Assembly: GCA_951406725.2 (NCBI GenBank)
Contig: OX597814.1
Coordinates: 214,582,001 to 214,646,000 of the forward strand
Source of the DNA: Octopus vulgaris
Taxonomy: Eukaryota
Direction of reading: 5' to 3'
Length of the DNA: 64,000 bases
The translations under genes and the position numbers were made by a program. Under the pieces are notes generated by a model. The model was not told where the DNA came from and ran no database searches. It was given only the letters and a program-made list of their open reading frames with translations. This document shows, piece after piece, positions 25,583 to 39,214 of this stretch (the first letter of the stretch is position 1; every line of letters starts with the position of its first letter).

Positions 25583-25985
25583 TTTTACTCTTTTACTCTT
25601 TTACTTGTTTCAGTCATTTGACTGTGGCCATGCTGGAGCACTGCCTTAATGAGTTTTTTTAGTCAAAGAAATCAACCCCAGGACCTATTCTTTGTAAGCC
25701 TAGTACTTATTCTATTGGTCTCTTTTGTTGAACTGCTAAGTTACATGGATGTAAACACACCAACATTGGTTGTTAAGTGATGGTTGGGTGACAAGCATAG
25801 ACACAAAGACACACATATAAATATATATATACAACGGGCTTTTTCAGTCTCCATCAACCAAATCCACTCACAAGGTTTTGGTCAGCCTGAGGCTATAGTA
25901 GAAGACATTTGCCCAAGGTGTCATGCAATGGGACTGAACCCGGAACCATGTGATTGGGAAGCAAGTTTCTTACCACACTGCCTGT
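25583..25985 (-). mobile_element. Older SINE family A copy
   Basis: Colinear with the A consensus, with many CpG transitions. Confidence 0.85.
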
Positions 25986-27065
25986 AGGTTACAAAATTTT
26001 TTTTTTATCTTATTAACGTTAACTTTATGTTAAGTTAAATGGAATAAATTCTAAACTTGGAAGAACGATTGAAGCAAAAAGTTTTGAAGTCTTTTATTTG
26101 TTTGTTATGATGCTTAATGGGTTTTATAAATCATGTCCATTGAAATTTTGATGACGGAATCCTTTTTTTGCTAACAGGGTACTTCATAAGGATGTTCTGC
26201 CAGGTTCAAATATTTTACATAAAATGAATTTCTATACTCTGCATAAATATTTACACTGTTACATAATAATGTCTGTATAAATATAAATACGGTTTTACAT
26301 AGAAGTGGAAAGTGATGAGCTCTTAGTTATCACATTAAAAGGCAGTAGGCTTTCATTTGAAAACCAACATTGCTTTTGTTATCTGATGTAAAAGAAATAT
26401 CTATAAGCAGTTCCATCAGGCAACATATTTTGGGATAAGTGAATGCATTTGTATTTATTAATTTTGATGCATGAAATGAGAGAAATAAAAGAAAAATGTG
26501 TTGATATATTCATTACTTGACTGGGGGTAGTGTTTAGATTATAAGGTTCGTAGTAGGGGTTATATTTTTGTAGGTATCAGTTGCTATTTTAGCTGCAAAT
26601 ATGTAGTATATAATAAAATAATTTTCTTAAGAAACTAATCCTATTCTGCTTGCAAAGAAAATTCAGAATTTCTTTGTATTCCTCGTCTGTAATATTTCTA
26701 TCAAATATCAAATATACGTTCATGCTTCTCTTTGCCCATACATTTGGAATTTGGTATATGACATACCTTTTAAAAACATAACCTTTTCATATGATATCTT
26801 CTTTAGCATTTCTACAATCTTCTCGCCCACATTTGTTTAAAATGAAACATTTCCTTATAAACAAAGCTAAAGAATTATTTATTTTTATAATCATTCTATA
26901 GGGCTTCCACTTGAAGTAAAGTGGCGAGGAGTCAGTTCCCATCAACTTGTGATGCTTCAGCTTTCAAGAATATACATCAAGTCTTTTCTTTATTTTCTCA
27001 TGTTCAGATAATAATTAGTCTATTAAGTATTAAGTAATTAACAAATAGAGTAGGCTATTATGTAG

Positions 27066-27098
<33 letters not shown>

Positions 27099-27099
<1 letters not shown>

Positions 27100-27481
27100 C
27101 TCTTTCTATATAAACGGCAGTTTGTCTGTGTGTGTTTCTGTGTGTCTGTTTGCTTGTACCCTCACCCTGACCACGGCTTTCAACCGATTCTGATGAAACT
27201 TGACATACACATAACCCAATGTCATAATTCAAAACTAACGCAGCGAAAATTTTGAAAAGTTCCCCCAGTTCTGAAAAAAATTGATAAATTCGACATGGGG
27301 TCGACAATCAGAAACACAAACCGCAAACTGTCTAGGGGACGCAACTCCACCTTTTTTAACTAAAAAAAAATTTACCATCATTTTTTTCCATTTTTTTTGC
27401 TATTTTTTGGCTATAACTCTCTAAAAATGCTTTATAGTTATTTCCCTTACAAACCTGAGCAACGCCGGGCGATACTGCTAG
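27099..27481 (+). mobile_element. Non-autonomous Helitron (second subfamily)
   Basis: A|TC start, 3' hairpin CCTGAGCAACGCCGGG, CTAG|T end. Termini are shared with 14164 and 53453 but the interior differs. Confidence 0.85.
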
Positions 27482-27761
27482 TATATATATATATATATAT
27501 AAGTAGGTAAATGGATATGTAAGTAAAGAGATAGATATATAGATAGGTACATAGGTAATACGGACAGACAAATACACACACACACACACACACACACATA
27601 CACAAAAGAAAACTGAAACACATAACCATATACACATATGCACACTTCACACACACACATACACACACACATACACACACACATACACACACACATACAC
27701 ACACACATACAAACACACAAACACATGAATATGTAGAATACATGAATACATACATACACAC

Positions 27762-27794
<33 letters not shown>

Positions 27795-28733
27795 CATGTA
27801 TACATACATACATACATGCATATGTGTATACACATGCACACTGATGCATACTGATGCACACACATGCACACAAACGAACAAAAAGAACGCAGTTGCGATA
27901 ACAGATGGAGTCAACAACTATTGAAGAGGTTGCAAGAAGCAATGAAAATTTTAGAAAAAACAAATAAATAAATGAGTAGAAATCAAACCGGTGAGTGTGT
28001 TAATTTGTTAATTAATAAGGCATTAAAACAGAATGACTCTCCCCAGACACAATAAAATATAGGAATGGTTTTGCAAAATGAGAGGAAAGTGTTAAATAGC
28101 TTTATAAGTATGGAGTTATATGTTTGTCATATCAAATCCGTTTGTTTTGTATCTATATCATATTCTGGTTGTAATAAATTATTTTACATCTATTTTACTT
28201 GATAGAATGGATGGGCTGGATTCTAATTTTTGAACCGTGCCCATCACCTAGAGCTGCTAGCCATATTTCCAATTGTATTGAATATGAAGACTGACAGAAA
28301 CTAATTATTTTATATAAGATCTCTTTCACGTAGCAATTTTAATTATTTTCATTATTTCAGAAGAACAACTGCCTCAGGTCTACAGGCTAATTTCAATTCT
28401 GAATTCAAAGAAATTCCCTTTATTTGTTCTGTGAATAATCCTGAAAAAAGTATGAACATCTCAAGAAAAGGGAACTGTCTAATTAAAATATAAAAAAAAA
28501 AAATTGATGTTTCTAGAAAGGATCATATTTAAAACTTTCTCAATTAACCCTATGACACTAATAGTATTATAAACTTTGTTCTGATATCGAAAGACTGGTT
28601 AAAGGAATAGCAAAACAAAATGTATTTTGATGTTAAAGTTTAAGATTTAATTTGAGTTCAATGGGATGTTTAGTGTAGGGGTAAGGTATTCATCAAAATT
28701 CTGTTTACAAACTTCTTATATTCATTATATGTA

Positions 28734-29080
28734 AAGGTACATGGCTCAGTGGTTAGAGCATCAGGCTCACAATCATGAGGTAGTGAGTTTGATCCCTAGA
28801 CTAGGCTGTATGTTGTGTTCTTGAGCAAGACACTTTATTTCACGTTGCTCCAGTTCACTCAGCTGTAGAAATGAGTTGCGACATCACTGGTACCAAGCTG
28901 TATTGGCCTTTGCCTTTCCCCTGGATAACATCAGTAGCATGGAGAGGAGAGGCTGTTATGCATGGGTGACTGCTAGTCTTCCATAAACAATCTTGTCTGG
29001 ACTTATGCCTCAGAGGGTAACTTTCTAGGTGCAATCCCATGGTCATTCATGACCGAAGGGGGTCTTTACCCTTTTACCCT
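28734..29080 (+). mobile_element. SINE head C2 + tail delta
   Basis: atggctcagtggttagagc..gttcttgagcaagacactttatttcacgttgctccagttcactcagctg..gaagggggtc(tttaccc). Confidence 0.88.
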
Positions 29081-29323
29081 ATAGTCATTATAGTTATAAT
29101 ATTTAGGTTCGTGACTGGTTATTTTCGCTAAGTTTTATATGTGGGTGACTTTTCCCTTTCACCAGAATCTGTCAAAGTGTTGCAGAAAAGTTTCAAAGCT
29201 GGAAATATGGACTAGAGCAGGAAAACTGTGAGAAAACTTGTAAAATTAAATCAATGAATCAATCAAACTGCTTTCTCATAATTGATAGTTTCTTTGTATC
29301 TAGATGATCTAATTAATGCTTAA

Positions 29324-29544
29324 CCCTTTCGTTACCAACCCGGCTGAAACCGACCCTGGCTCTGTAGAACAAATGTCTCGTTTTCAAAAGTTCTGAATTA
29401 AAATCTTCCACCAAACCTTAGTCACAATTTATGTTTCTAACACTGGCTGAATGATAACTAAGTTATTTTACTAAATTCTTTGTCATATTTAAAGTAATTG
29501 AAAGAAACACAGAGCATCTCAAAATAAATACGGTAACAAAAGGG
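29324..29544. mobile_element. piggyBac-type MITE
   Basis: TTAA|CCCTTTCGTTAC..GTAACAAAAGGG|TTAA. Confidence 0.9.
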
Positions 29545-29714
29545 TTAAGATGGTTGTAGCAGAAGTGGAGTAGCCAGAATAAGTAAGAGGTGGAAACTGT
29601 TAAAGAAGATATTGCTTCTGTTGGCAACAAAGAGATTTTTTTTCTCAAGTGAAAGGCAGGCAGCATAAAACTCATGCAAGACCCTGCATGTTAATGGGAC
29701 ATGCATATTTAATG

Positions 29715-30012
29715 GGGAAGATCACCAGATACTGGGAAAGGAAGCAAGCATGATCTACTAGATGTTAACTTTCATGAGAGTCATAACACGACACAAATGA
29801 TCTGAGAGAGTGGATTATTGTTAAAGGCATCAACTAAGGTATGCATGAGAGAAGATTGCACCAGAATAAATATGTGATGTGAATAGGGTACTGGGTAAAA
29901 GAATGACCTGTACTGTTAAGAGAGGGGGGAAATGCAGAAGAGGAAGACTGAAGTAAATGTAGGAATAGGAGTGAAAGATCAGCTCATAGGATCTTAGGCT
30001 TCACAAAAGAGA
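29715..30012 (+). pseudogene. Decayed RTE-clade LINE ORF2 C-terminus
   Basis: MHERRLHQNKYVM* / CRRGRLK*M* / VKD..LGFTKEM resembles ERRLRWYGHVMR..RGRPRKTW..VKxDL. Confidence 0.6.
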
Positions 30013-30028
30013 TGATGATGATGATGAT

Positions 30029-30225
30029 CATCATCATCATTATTTAACGTCCGTTCTCCATGCTAGCATGGGTTGGACAGTTCGACTGGAGTCTGGGAAG
30101 CCGGGGCTGCACCAGGCTCCAGTCTGATCTGGCAGTGTTTCTACAGCTGGATGCCCTTCCTAATGCCAACCACTCCGCGAGTGTAGTGGGTGCTTTTTAC
30201 TTGCCACCTGCACAGGTGCCAGTGG
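30029..30225 (-). mobile_element. Retroposon family B
   Basis: Matches 4231-4440. Confidence 0.85.
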
Positions 30226-30941
30226 GGGGGGGGGGGTCGAAAATCTAAAGTGACTGACAAAAGGCTGTTTGAAAGAACTTTCCAACTCATGCCAGCATAG
30301 GAACTGCATGTTAAAATATTGATAATGATGATAGTGATGATAATAAAACTATGTAAAATCTTAAAAAACACGATGCAGACATAAAGAGTATTTTTTGAAC
30401 TGAGCATAAACATTGTGAATAAACTAGAAGCTTAAGATCACAAAATGCTAAGCATGTGATTGTATTTAAAAAACAAAATATCATGATGGACGGTATCCAT
30501 TTGCTATGATTGTATACAGCTTATTTTCCAAGAAATGAAAGAGGGTTGAACTTAGGGTTAGCAATCTCTTCTCATCTATCATGCAATAAAAACTGTCCAA
30601 AGAAATCAGAGAATGTGGTAGGTGCAGGTAGACTAATGTTCTGTGTGGTGTGGAATGGTTCAAAAGAAAATATCGAGAGTAGAGGAATATTTTTCACCAT
30701 CTTGATAAAGATTATGATTACCACAACCATAACCTCTGTCATTTTCCTATCTTAACTATTACAGCATATTGAGATGCTGAAGAAAAATAAGGCTGTCCTT
30801 GCTATCAGCAAAACCATCTACAGCTGGCAGGAGAATCTTCTGAGAATCTTCTGACAACATTACTTGCTTTTCAGGCTCCACCTATCTCTATAATTGGGAA
30901 CTACCTATCAGGTTGTGTTTTATTTTTGTATTTATTGATAT

Positions 30942-30979
<38 letters not shown>

Positions 30980-31302
30980 TCTTACTCTCTCAATTCTACA
31001 TTCAGTGTTATCTTTCATACTCTTCCTTCTCTGCATTAAGAATTTACCAATTTTGACCTTTAAGTGCATTTATAACTTTATATAAATCACACCAGTCTAC
31101 TAATATCTTTTACCTCCTACATACAGATCTTACTTATGTACAACTTGACTAAAGGTGGTGAATTGGCAGAGTCATTAGAGTGTTTTCTAGAATACCTTTC
31201 AGCATTTGTTTTGAACATCTACACTCTGAGTTCAAATTCCTCCATGGTCAAAAAGCTTTACATTCTTTAAAAAAAAAAGAGAAAGAAAAATATCCAGTGT
31301 AT

Positions 31303-31693
31303 AGGCGTAGGAGTGGCTGTGTGGTAAGTAGCTTCCTTACCAACCACATGGTCCCGGGTTCAGTCCCACTGCATGGCACCTTGGGCAAGTGTCTTCTACT
31401 ATAGCCTCGGGCCGACCAAAGCCTTGTGAGTGGATTTGGTAGACGGAAACTGAAAGAAGCCTGTCGTATATATGTATATATATATGTATGTATGTGTGTG
31501 TCTGTGTTTGTCCCCCCAACATTGCTTGACAACTGATGCTGGTGTGTTTACATCCCCGTAACCTAGTGGTTCGGCAAAAGAGACCGATAGAATAAGTACT
31601 AGGCTTCCAAAGAATAAGTCCTAAAAAGGCGGTGCTCCAGTATGGCCGCAGTCAAATGACTGAAACAAGTAAAAGAATAAAAGAGTAAAGAGT
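31303..31693 (+). mobile_element. SINE family A
   Basis: Head to tail, small internal deletion. Confidence 0.9.
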
Positions 31694-32213
31694 GTAGTGG
31701 ACTGGCAGAACTATGAGACCATCAGAACAGATACCTAGTGGTATCTGTTCTGGTTCTTTCTGTTGTGGGTTTAAATCCAACCATAGCTTACTTGGGTGGT
31801 AGAGTTAATTTGTCATTTGGTTAACATCATCACTTGATTCATTGGGTAACTTTTACAAAGTTTACCCTGTTGTAAACATTTGGGCTAGGTTTCCAGTTTT
31901 AGGATATCTTATTCTTTCCATCCCTCCCAGTAGTCTTGGGGACCTTGTAAAGTGTCATGTTACTTCCTTTCTGCCTTAACTAACTAAAAAAAAAAAGACC
32001 TACATCTCATCAGGAATATATGTATTGCATGGACAATAACTGTAAAGTCATTAACTATAAATATGCCATTTACCTGATAATCAAGCTTTCACTAATTAAC
32101 ACCTTTTAAATCTTTACCTTGGGTAAATGTGTCTTTGCTTGTTCTTTTTTCTTCTTGCCCTCACAGTAACAGTTGTTCTGAAAATACCCTACTCACCAAA
32201 AAATACCCTACAG

Positions 32214-32469
32214 CAGTAGTTTTTAACTGGGGTCCATATAGCCCTTGAGGACCCATATATGATTTTGTCGTTAAAGTTTAATGCTCAATAATTTGGTTAT
32301 ACTTATACAATATGCAAAATATTTTAAGAATGTTTTTAATGTAATTCCTAATAATATTTAATTATAAGAATGCAATAGAATTTTTTAAACATTGAATTAT
32401 CATGAGGGCCCAACTGAGTTAAATAGGGATGAAAGAGGTCCATTGGTGAAAAGCTGTTGATAACCACTG
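32214..32469. mobile_element. hAT-type MITE
   Basis: CAGTAGTTTTTAACTGGGGTCCATAT...GTTGATAACCACTG. Reverse complement of the 39638-39890 family. Confidence 0.7.
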
Positions 32470-32920
32470 AGTCATTATGAATCATTTCCAATCCTATTTG
32501 TTCCTGATACTTCCTGCCTAGATTTGTATCTCCCTGGAATACCCATTTTTAAGTTTCTAATCAACAATTGCAATGTTTAAACCGAACGTTAAGCATATTA
32601 ATCATCCTTATCAACAGTGTAGTAGAGTATAATATGCATGTGAGAGATTCTCTTCTCTTTAGATATTGATTAAAAGAAAAAATTGTTATCTTTCTAAGTT
32701 AGCTTCTTCTTCAAGCAGCTGCAACTAAAATGCGTTTTATCAGGAATCTTTAACTCTCATTCACTTTGAGAGGTCTTCAATTTTATGCGGTGCCTCTGCC
32801 AACAACACCAATGTAGGTCTTTATTAGAATGTGAAAGTTTCCAAAATTATATTTTTGAACACGGCCTGGTGTTCAGAATGATGGTAGTGACCCTACATTG
32901 AGTAGCAATAGTAGAAATGA

Positions 32921-33140
32921 TGGAGGCATGTGGCCTAGTGGTTAGGGTGTTGCAATTATGATCACAAGATTGTGATTTCTTTTCTTGGACTGGGCGATGC
33001 ATTTTGTTTTTGAGCAAAAACACTTCATTTCACATTGCTCCAGTCCACTTAGCTTGCAATAAATCAGTTGAGCACTGGGGTCGATATAATCGACTTACCC
33101 CTTCTAAAATAGCTGGCTTTGTGCCAAAATTTGAAACTAA
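32921..33140 (+). mobile_element. SINE head C2 + tail epsilon
   Basis: ggaggcatgtggcctagtggttaggg..ttgctccagtccact joined to agttgagcactggggtcgatataatcgactt..gtgccaaaatttgaaac. Confidence 0.75.
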
Positions 33141-34086
33141 TATTTCCCAGGGTGGGGAATATATATATGCTACAGAATCTGAGAAACCAGCCTTATGAAA
33201 CTATAGTTTGGGAAAGATCTTTGATCCTTGTTTTTTTCTATGAGTAATGAGGGATGGAATGTGTTCATAAATCTCCTATTTGCCCTTGTGCTTATGCCAT
33301 GAGATGTTTTGAACCCTTATATGAAACTTGGTGCATATACTATCAAGGGATCTTGATATTTGTTCTTCATAATCCAGGTTTTGACACCATAGAGAAGAAT
33401 GTTCTCTATACATGCCCTGAAGAAGACCAGCCTCACTGACTTTAAAATACTTGATTGTCAGATACTTTGAATCTTGTTATAGGCATTCTGACCTTGACCT
33501 TTGTATGTCAGGAAACCTTTCTTACTGTCAGTAACACAGGACCATAGATACTTGAATATGGGTTAACTTAAATAACAGCAAAAGTAAAAACTTATAGATA
33601 CTCATTCTGTTGTTATTCAGAAAATTATAAAGGATGATTTTACATAAGATTTCTTCTCTTTTCTGAATCCTTTTTTATAATTTTCCTTTGCAAAAGCACA
33701 AATGTATTTAGTAGTGGGATAAGTTTGTGCTCAACTCAAGACTATGGTAGAAGAAATTTGCTAAAGACGTTGGACATCTCTAATTAATATAATTATAGAG
33801 CTGATATATCTGTCTTGATCATTCATTAATATCAAAAATAAAAGAAGTGACTCTGAGATGCCATGCTGTCAAATCAAGGAAAAGTTAAATATTCTGAAAT
33901 TTTAAAATTCCTTGTAAATAGTTAATTTAATAGTTTTGATACATAATTAAAAAATATAAAAGCGAATTTCTTCCAAAGAAGAAAAACAACCAATTCATTT
34001 TACGTGCTTTATATACTTCAGTGCAAGAATAATATGAAAGTAAAAAAATATTAAATATTATTAAATATTATCTATTAAATAGATAT

Positions 34087-34252
34087 AGGTGCAGGAGCGG
34101 CTGTGTGGTAAGAAGATTGCTTACGAACCACATGGTTCTGAGTTCAGTCCCACTGCGTGACACCTTGGGCAAGTGTCTTCTACTATAGCCTCGGGCCGAC
34201 CAAAGCCATGTGAGTGGATTTGGTAGACGGAAATTGAAAGAATCCCATCATA

Positions 34253-34315
<63 letters not shown>

Positions 34316-34504
34316 GTATATGTTTGTGTGTATATGTTTGTCCCCGCCAACATCACTTCACAACCGATGCTGGTGTGTTTACGTCCCTGTAACTTAGTGG
34401 TTCTGCAAAGAGACCAATAGAATAAGTACCTGGCTTCCAAAGAATAAGTCCTGGGATCGATTCGCTACAGTCAAATGACTGAGACAAGTAAAAGAGTAAA
34501 GAGT
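34087..34504 (+). mobile_element. SINE family A
   Basis: Head to tail, expanded internal (TA)n. Confidence 0.9.
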
Positions 34505-34937
34505 ATATCATTTGATATTGTATAGCCAAGTGAAAAATCTTGATCAAGCAAGCTTATGATTAACAAATTTTCCAGCTGTAAGCTTCTTTTCTTATATTTA
34601 AACATAGTATATTTAGGACTATGTTATCCAGCATATCCTTTCCTTTTTTAATGATGGGTAGGAGTTGATCTTAGGAAGATTTGGTTGCTATTCATAGCAG
34701 ACAAATCATTAAGCAACCAACAAAAGACTCCCTTGGTGGTTTGCTTTAGTGTTGTTCTGAGAAGATACGACCGAATCAAATTTTATAATACTGTTTACTT
34801 TACACACAGTGTGGATATAAGATGAAGGTTGTTTCTAAGGGGATACTTTGTATGATACATTTCTGTTATCTTTTAATATCTGTTATCTGTGTGGTTGAGA
34901 AATTTGTTTCCTGGCCATTTTGTTTCAGATTCAGTCA

Positions 34938-35003
34938 TGTGAGTGAATTTGATAGATGGAAGCTGAAAGACACCTGTCGTGTGTGTGCGTGTGTGTGTGT
35001 GTT

Positions 35004-35036
<33 letters not shown>

Positions 35037-35039
35037 TTG

Positions 35040-35078
<39 letters not shown>

Positions 35079-35123
35079 TCTGTCTATCTATCTATCTATC
35101 TATCTACCTATCTACCTATCTAC

Positions 35124-35169
<46 letters not shown>

Positions 35170-35254
35170 GTCTATCTGCCTGTCTGTCTATCTATCTATC
35201 TGTCTGTCTATCTGCCTGTCTGTCTGTCTATCTATCTCACTATCTATCTATCTG

Positions 35255-35327
<73 letters not shown>

Positions 35328-35578
35328 ATATGTGTGGATGTGGCTGTTTCTGTCTCCTTGTCTTGATACTTGTAAATAGCTATCATGTTATACAAACTGT
35401 ATCATTCATCTCTAATCTTCCAATCTTCCATGAAAATGCACAACCATGGGAAAATATTACATTGCTTGGAAACAAGTGAGGGTTGGCAACAAGCAAAGCA
35501 TCTGGCTGTAGAAAATCTACTTCAAAAAATTCCTTCTGCTCCATGAAAGCATGGAAAAGTTGACTTTAAAATGATGAC
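34938..35578 (+). mobile_element. Old SINE with A-like 5' part, about 350 bp internal microsatellite and B-like tail
   Basis: gtgagtgaatttgatagatggaagctgaaaga..(TG)n(TATC)n..gggttggcaacaagcaaagcatctggctgtagaaa..agcatggaaaagttgactttaaaatgatga. Confidence 0.6.
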
Positions 35579-36025
35579 AATATATTAGGGCACTTTAGAC
35601 AATTTTAGCTTAGTTTTCCGAATTGTCTAGTTCTACTTATTCTCATTTCAATTGTTCTGGTTGACGGATTACAATTTAGAATTGTAACTTTTAAAATGCT
35701 TGTGAAATATCTAGCTATTCTAAGATCTCATTCTTTATACTTTCCAACAGACTGAGCTAAATCAAATTATTTTACTCAGTAACAAACTGCAGCACTTCTG
35801 GCTGGATTTGGGCTCATGGCCAATGATATACCATGCATTTTATCCGCTCTGTTCTAAAGGGGTGTTAATAATCATAGAAACATTATAAAAATTCATTTTA
35901 CATGCGTACATGTATAATTAAAGATACATATTAGGCATAATATGATGTAATTCATATTTGTTAAATATACAGATATATATGTATGTATATATATACATAT
36001 TTATACACACACACACATATATATA

Positions 36026-36077
<52 letters not shown>

Positions 36078-36079
<2 letters not shown>

Positions 36080-36266
36080 GCACGTAAAAGCACACACAAC
36101 ACTCTTGGAGTGGTTGGCGTTAGGAAGGGCATCCAGCTGTAGAAACTTTGCCAGATCAGATTGGAGCCTGGTGCAGCCTTCTGGCTTGCCAGTCCTCAGT
36201 TAAACCACCCAACCCATACCAACATGGAAAGCAGACGTTAAACAACAATGATGACAAAGATGATGA
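36078..36266 (+). mobile_element. Retroposon family B
   Basis: tggcacgtaaaagcac..ggcgttaggaagggcatccagctgtagaaac..gacgttaaacaacaatgatga. Confidence 0.85.
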
Positions 36267-36456
36267 TATATGAATGTTTATACAAGTGTATGTGTGTGTG
36301 CGTATATATATATATATATATATATATATAGGAGTGCCTTTGGATTTAACCATCCCTTAGAGGTTTTAAACACTTCTAACTTATACCTGTATATATATAG
36401 TATAAATAATATATATATATATATATATACACACACATATATATATATGTATATAT

Positions 36457-36790
36457 GGGTACAGGATGTCACCAATTGTAAACAACATGAAGTATGTAAA
36501 CAAGCGAGTTAAATACACAAACAATGAGAGAAAAAAAATGAAAACAGGACAAGTAGCACAAAGAATGACCATTCATCAGTTTTTGGATGTCTATCTACTC
36601 ATCATTTCGAGCATTCAACGACAATATGAGACTTTGATGACAGTTGCTCCCATAACTTCCAAAATAAATTTTGGATTTTATGGAGGGTCAAAGTGGGGAA
36701 CAAAAACAGGACAGTGGAGACATACAAGGAAACTGAACGGACAAAAAGAGAAAAAATTCTTTGCCAATATGCTGAAAATAGACGCTAAAT
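36457..36790. repeat. Unclassified interspersed-repeat-like insert next to (TA)n
   Basis: Starts abruptly after (TA)n and is strongly A-rich on one strand, like the pLTR elements at 38670 and 50032. No second copy in the window. Confidence 0.4.
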
Positions 36791-36937
36791 CATCTAATTG
36801 TATTTATAATTTTCACCATGAAAGGTATTTTTCCTTATATTAGAAGTATATATTCTCTCAAATAATTATATTAGAAGTATATATATATTTTGGAAGTATA
36901 CATATATGCATATATATATCTATATATATATATATAT

Positions 36938-37114
36938 ATCACGTGATCACGTGACCGACCAGACCATCAGATGTTGTTACACATTGCTGGTCACAATGCG
37001 TTCGCATTGTTTTAGCCTTCAAATGATGCTACCCCATTGGCTAAGCGAGCAGGCCAACAGAAGAAAGAGTGGGAGAAAGAGTGGTGAAAGAGTACAGCAG
37101 GGATCACCACCCCC
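36938..37114 (-). mobile_element. SINE C1 body + tail gamma, 5'-truncated, in (TA)n
   Basis: gagaaagagtggtgaaagagtacagcagggatcaccacc is shared with 5818-5860, joined to a different 3' module. Confidence 0.75.
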
Positions 37115-37192
37115 TATATATATATATATATATACACACATGTGTGTATTATATATATATATACCAGTGTGCTATTAAGTTAGACACACATA

Positions 37193-37232
<40 letters not shown>

Positions 37233-37233
<1 letters not shown>

Positions 37234-37505
37234 GTGTGTCTAGGGAGAGTCATTACTCCAATGTTAATAACACAATCACTAATTCAATTCCACCCCTTTA
37301 TTATTTGTCAATTGGTTAATATCTACCCAACTAACTAATCAATCATTTACTTAACTTCGTTAAACAATCAGCTGTTTGTTTTGTTTTTCGTTTTACTCAT
37401 CAAACGAACTGTTTAGGTATTTAACCACTTGACTAATAATAAAGGAGTAGAACTGAACCAGTGCATGTGTTATTAACATTAGTATAATGACTGCCCCCAG
37501 ACACA
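37233..37505. mobile_element. MITE with about 90 bp imperfect TIRs
   Basis: tgtgtctagggagagtcatt..gttaataacac versus gtgttattaac..aatgactgcccccagacaca. A related end lies at about 27985-28052. Confidence 0.75.
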
Positions 37506-37553
37506 ACAAAATTTGTTTCAATACATGAATTCACATAGAGAATCTTGGAAAAC

Positions 37554-37620
<67 letters not shown>

Positions 37621-37624
<4 letters not shown>

Positions 37625-38040
37625 TATTCAAAGAAATTCCAACTCTGTCTGTTTTTTTATGTTTTATTTATATTCTTTATAATATCAATGTAGAATATAG
37701 AATATATAGTATAAAAAGTATATATAGTAGCATAATGAAATGAAGTATTGATTGTCTTATTGAATAGATGAAATAGTGAATATCAAATATTAAGGAACTA
37801 ACAGTTGAAACACTCATGTCGCAACCTGGGACCTTGAAGACTGCTTTAATACAAAAAAGTATACTAGTCCCTTAATATTAGATATTCAATATTTCATCTA
37901 TTCAATAAGACAATCAATACTTCATTTCATTATACTACTATATATACTTTTTATACTATATATTCTATATTCTACATTAATATTATAAAGAATATAAATA
38001 AAACGTAAAAAACAGATTTGGAATTTCTTTGAATAATATA
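37621..38040. mobile_element. Foldback element with about 180 bp AT-rich inverted arms and about 63 bp spacer
   Basis: 37621-37800 is the near reverse complement of 37864-38040. Confidence 0.85.
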
Positions 38041-38293
38041 TATCCCTCTATACACAATCATACAAACCCCTTAATATATATTATCATTTAATAATATTGA
38101 TTGCCCAGACCTTACAAGCTAGGATCATAAACAAACTTTTGAAACTTTAAGCTGTATGGAGCCAAATCAAAATGTTATTAAATAAATATATTAAATATAT
38201 GCAACCCCTACCAAGTGTGTTGAGTGCCTCTTTCTTTTGTTTGTCAACTCACTTTTACCAGGGTTTCAGACTGTTGAGCTCATTTCACAAACA

Positions 38294-38337
<44 letters not shown>

Positions 38338-38339
<2 letters not shown>

Positions 38340-38396
38340 CCCATGCTAGCATGGAAAGCGGACGTTAAACGATGATGATGATGATGATGATGATGA
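38338..38396 (+). mobile_element. Family B tail only, inserted in (TA)n
   Basis: aacccatgctagcatggaaagcggacgttaaac(gat)n. Confidence 0.85.
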
Positions 38397-38442
38397 TATA
38401 TATTTACATATATATATATATATATTAGAAGGCTTGGAGATG

Positions 38443-38636
38443 ATGTATATTAGAAGAAACAAGGTACTCACAAATCCGGATGGTTTATATATTACACTTG
38501 CGTCCACACTGATGACTCCACTAGAGTGGATGCAAGCACTAATATATGTTTTATAAAAACATGGGACATATTAATAAATATCTGTAAATATAAAACATTC
38601 CAGATTTCTGAGTACCTTATCACTTCTAATATACAT
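38443..38636. mobile_element. MITE with about 55 bp imperfect TIRs in a TA-rich tract
   Basis: atgtatattagaag..aaggtactcacaaatccggatggtttatat versus atataaaacattccagatttctgagtacctt..cttctaatatacat. Confidence 0.7.
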
Positions 38637-38669
38637 ACATATATATGTATATATATATATATACATATA

Positions 38670-38884
38670 TAAAGTTAATCCAAGCAAGAAAGCACAAAAA
38701 AACACAACAACGTAAGGACGTGAAACAAATATAGTATTATTGGATGCTCAGGAAAGAAGAAAACAAGGAGGGTTTAATGTTTCGAGTGGAGCTCTTTGTC
38801 AGAAACATAGGAGAAGGAAAGATCCAGAGAAGGGAAGACCGAGGAAAAAAAATCGCCAACGGTACACACGCTGTCACATTTTGA
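38670..38884 (-). mobile_element. Penelope-derived solo pLTR-like element with decayed hammerhead (38772-38806), flanked by (TA)n
   Basis: Minus strand gttt-CTGACAA-A-GAGC-tcc-ACTC-GAAAC-ATT-aaac. Homologous to 60969-61101 and 50032-50131. Confidence 0.7.
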
Positions 38885-38918
<34 letters not shown>

Positions 38919-39214
38919 ATTTTTTTCTTCTTCTTATCATCATCATCCTCATCATTTATATAATATCGTAGTCTCATAATTGCTAATTTATCTCTCCATT
39001 GGTGTGAAGCCATTTGGTATCATTAATTGACCTTCTGGCTATAGTATTATTAAAATAATAATATACCCACAATCTCATTTTCCCAGGTTCATGAAAACTT
39101 ATTGGATATTTATATATGCAACAAAACCTTTCTAAACTAGAAACCCTTAAATTAGTATTATCCCAGTCAGAATTAGAGTCCCTATGAAGGACAATCACGC
39201 TATATCAATGTATA

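Noticed and set aside
26902-27010. Acceptor-like attctatAG followed by a short open frame (LPLEVKWRG..)
   Set aside because: No good donor, no recognisable homology and no partner exons.
33410-33455. cCTGAAGAagaccagcctcactgactttaaaa possible decayed hammerhead
   Set aside because: GAAA box and stem I are missing.
36560-36650. Minus-strand ctcGAAAT..CTGATGA as a possible permuted hammerhead
   Set aside because: I could not form convincing stems I and III or a UH site.
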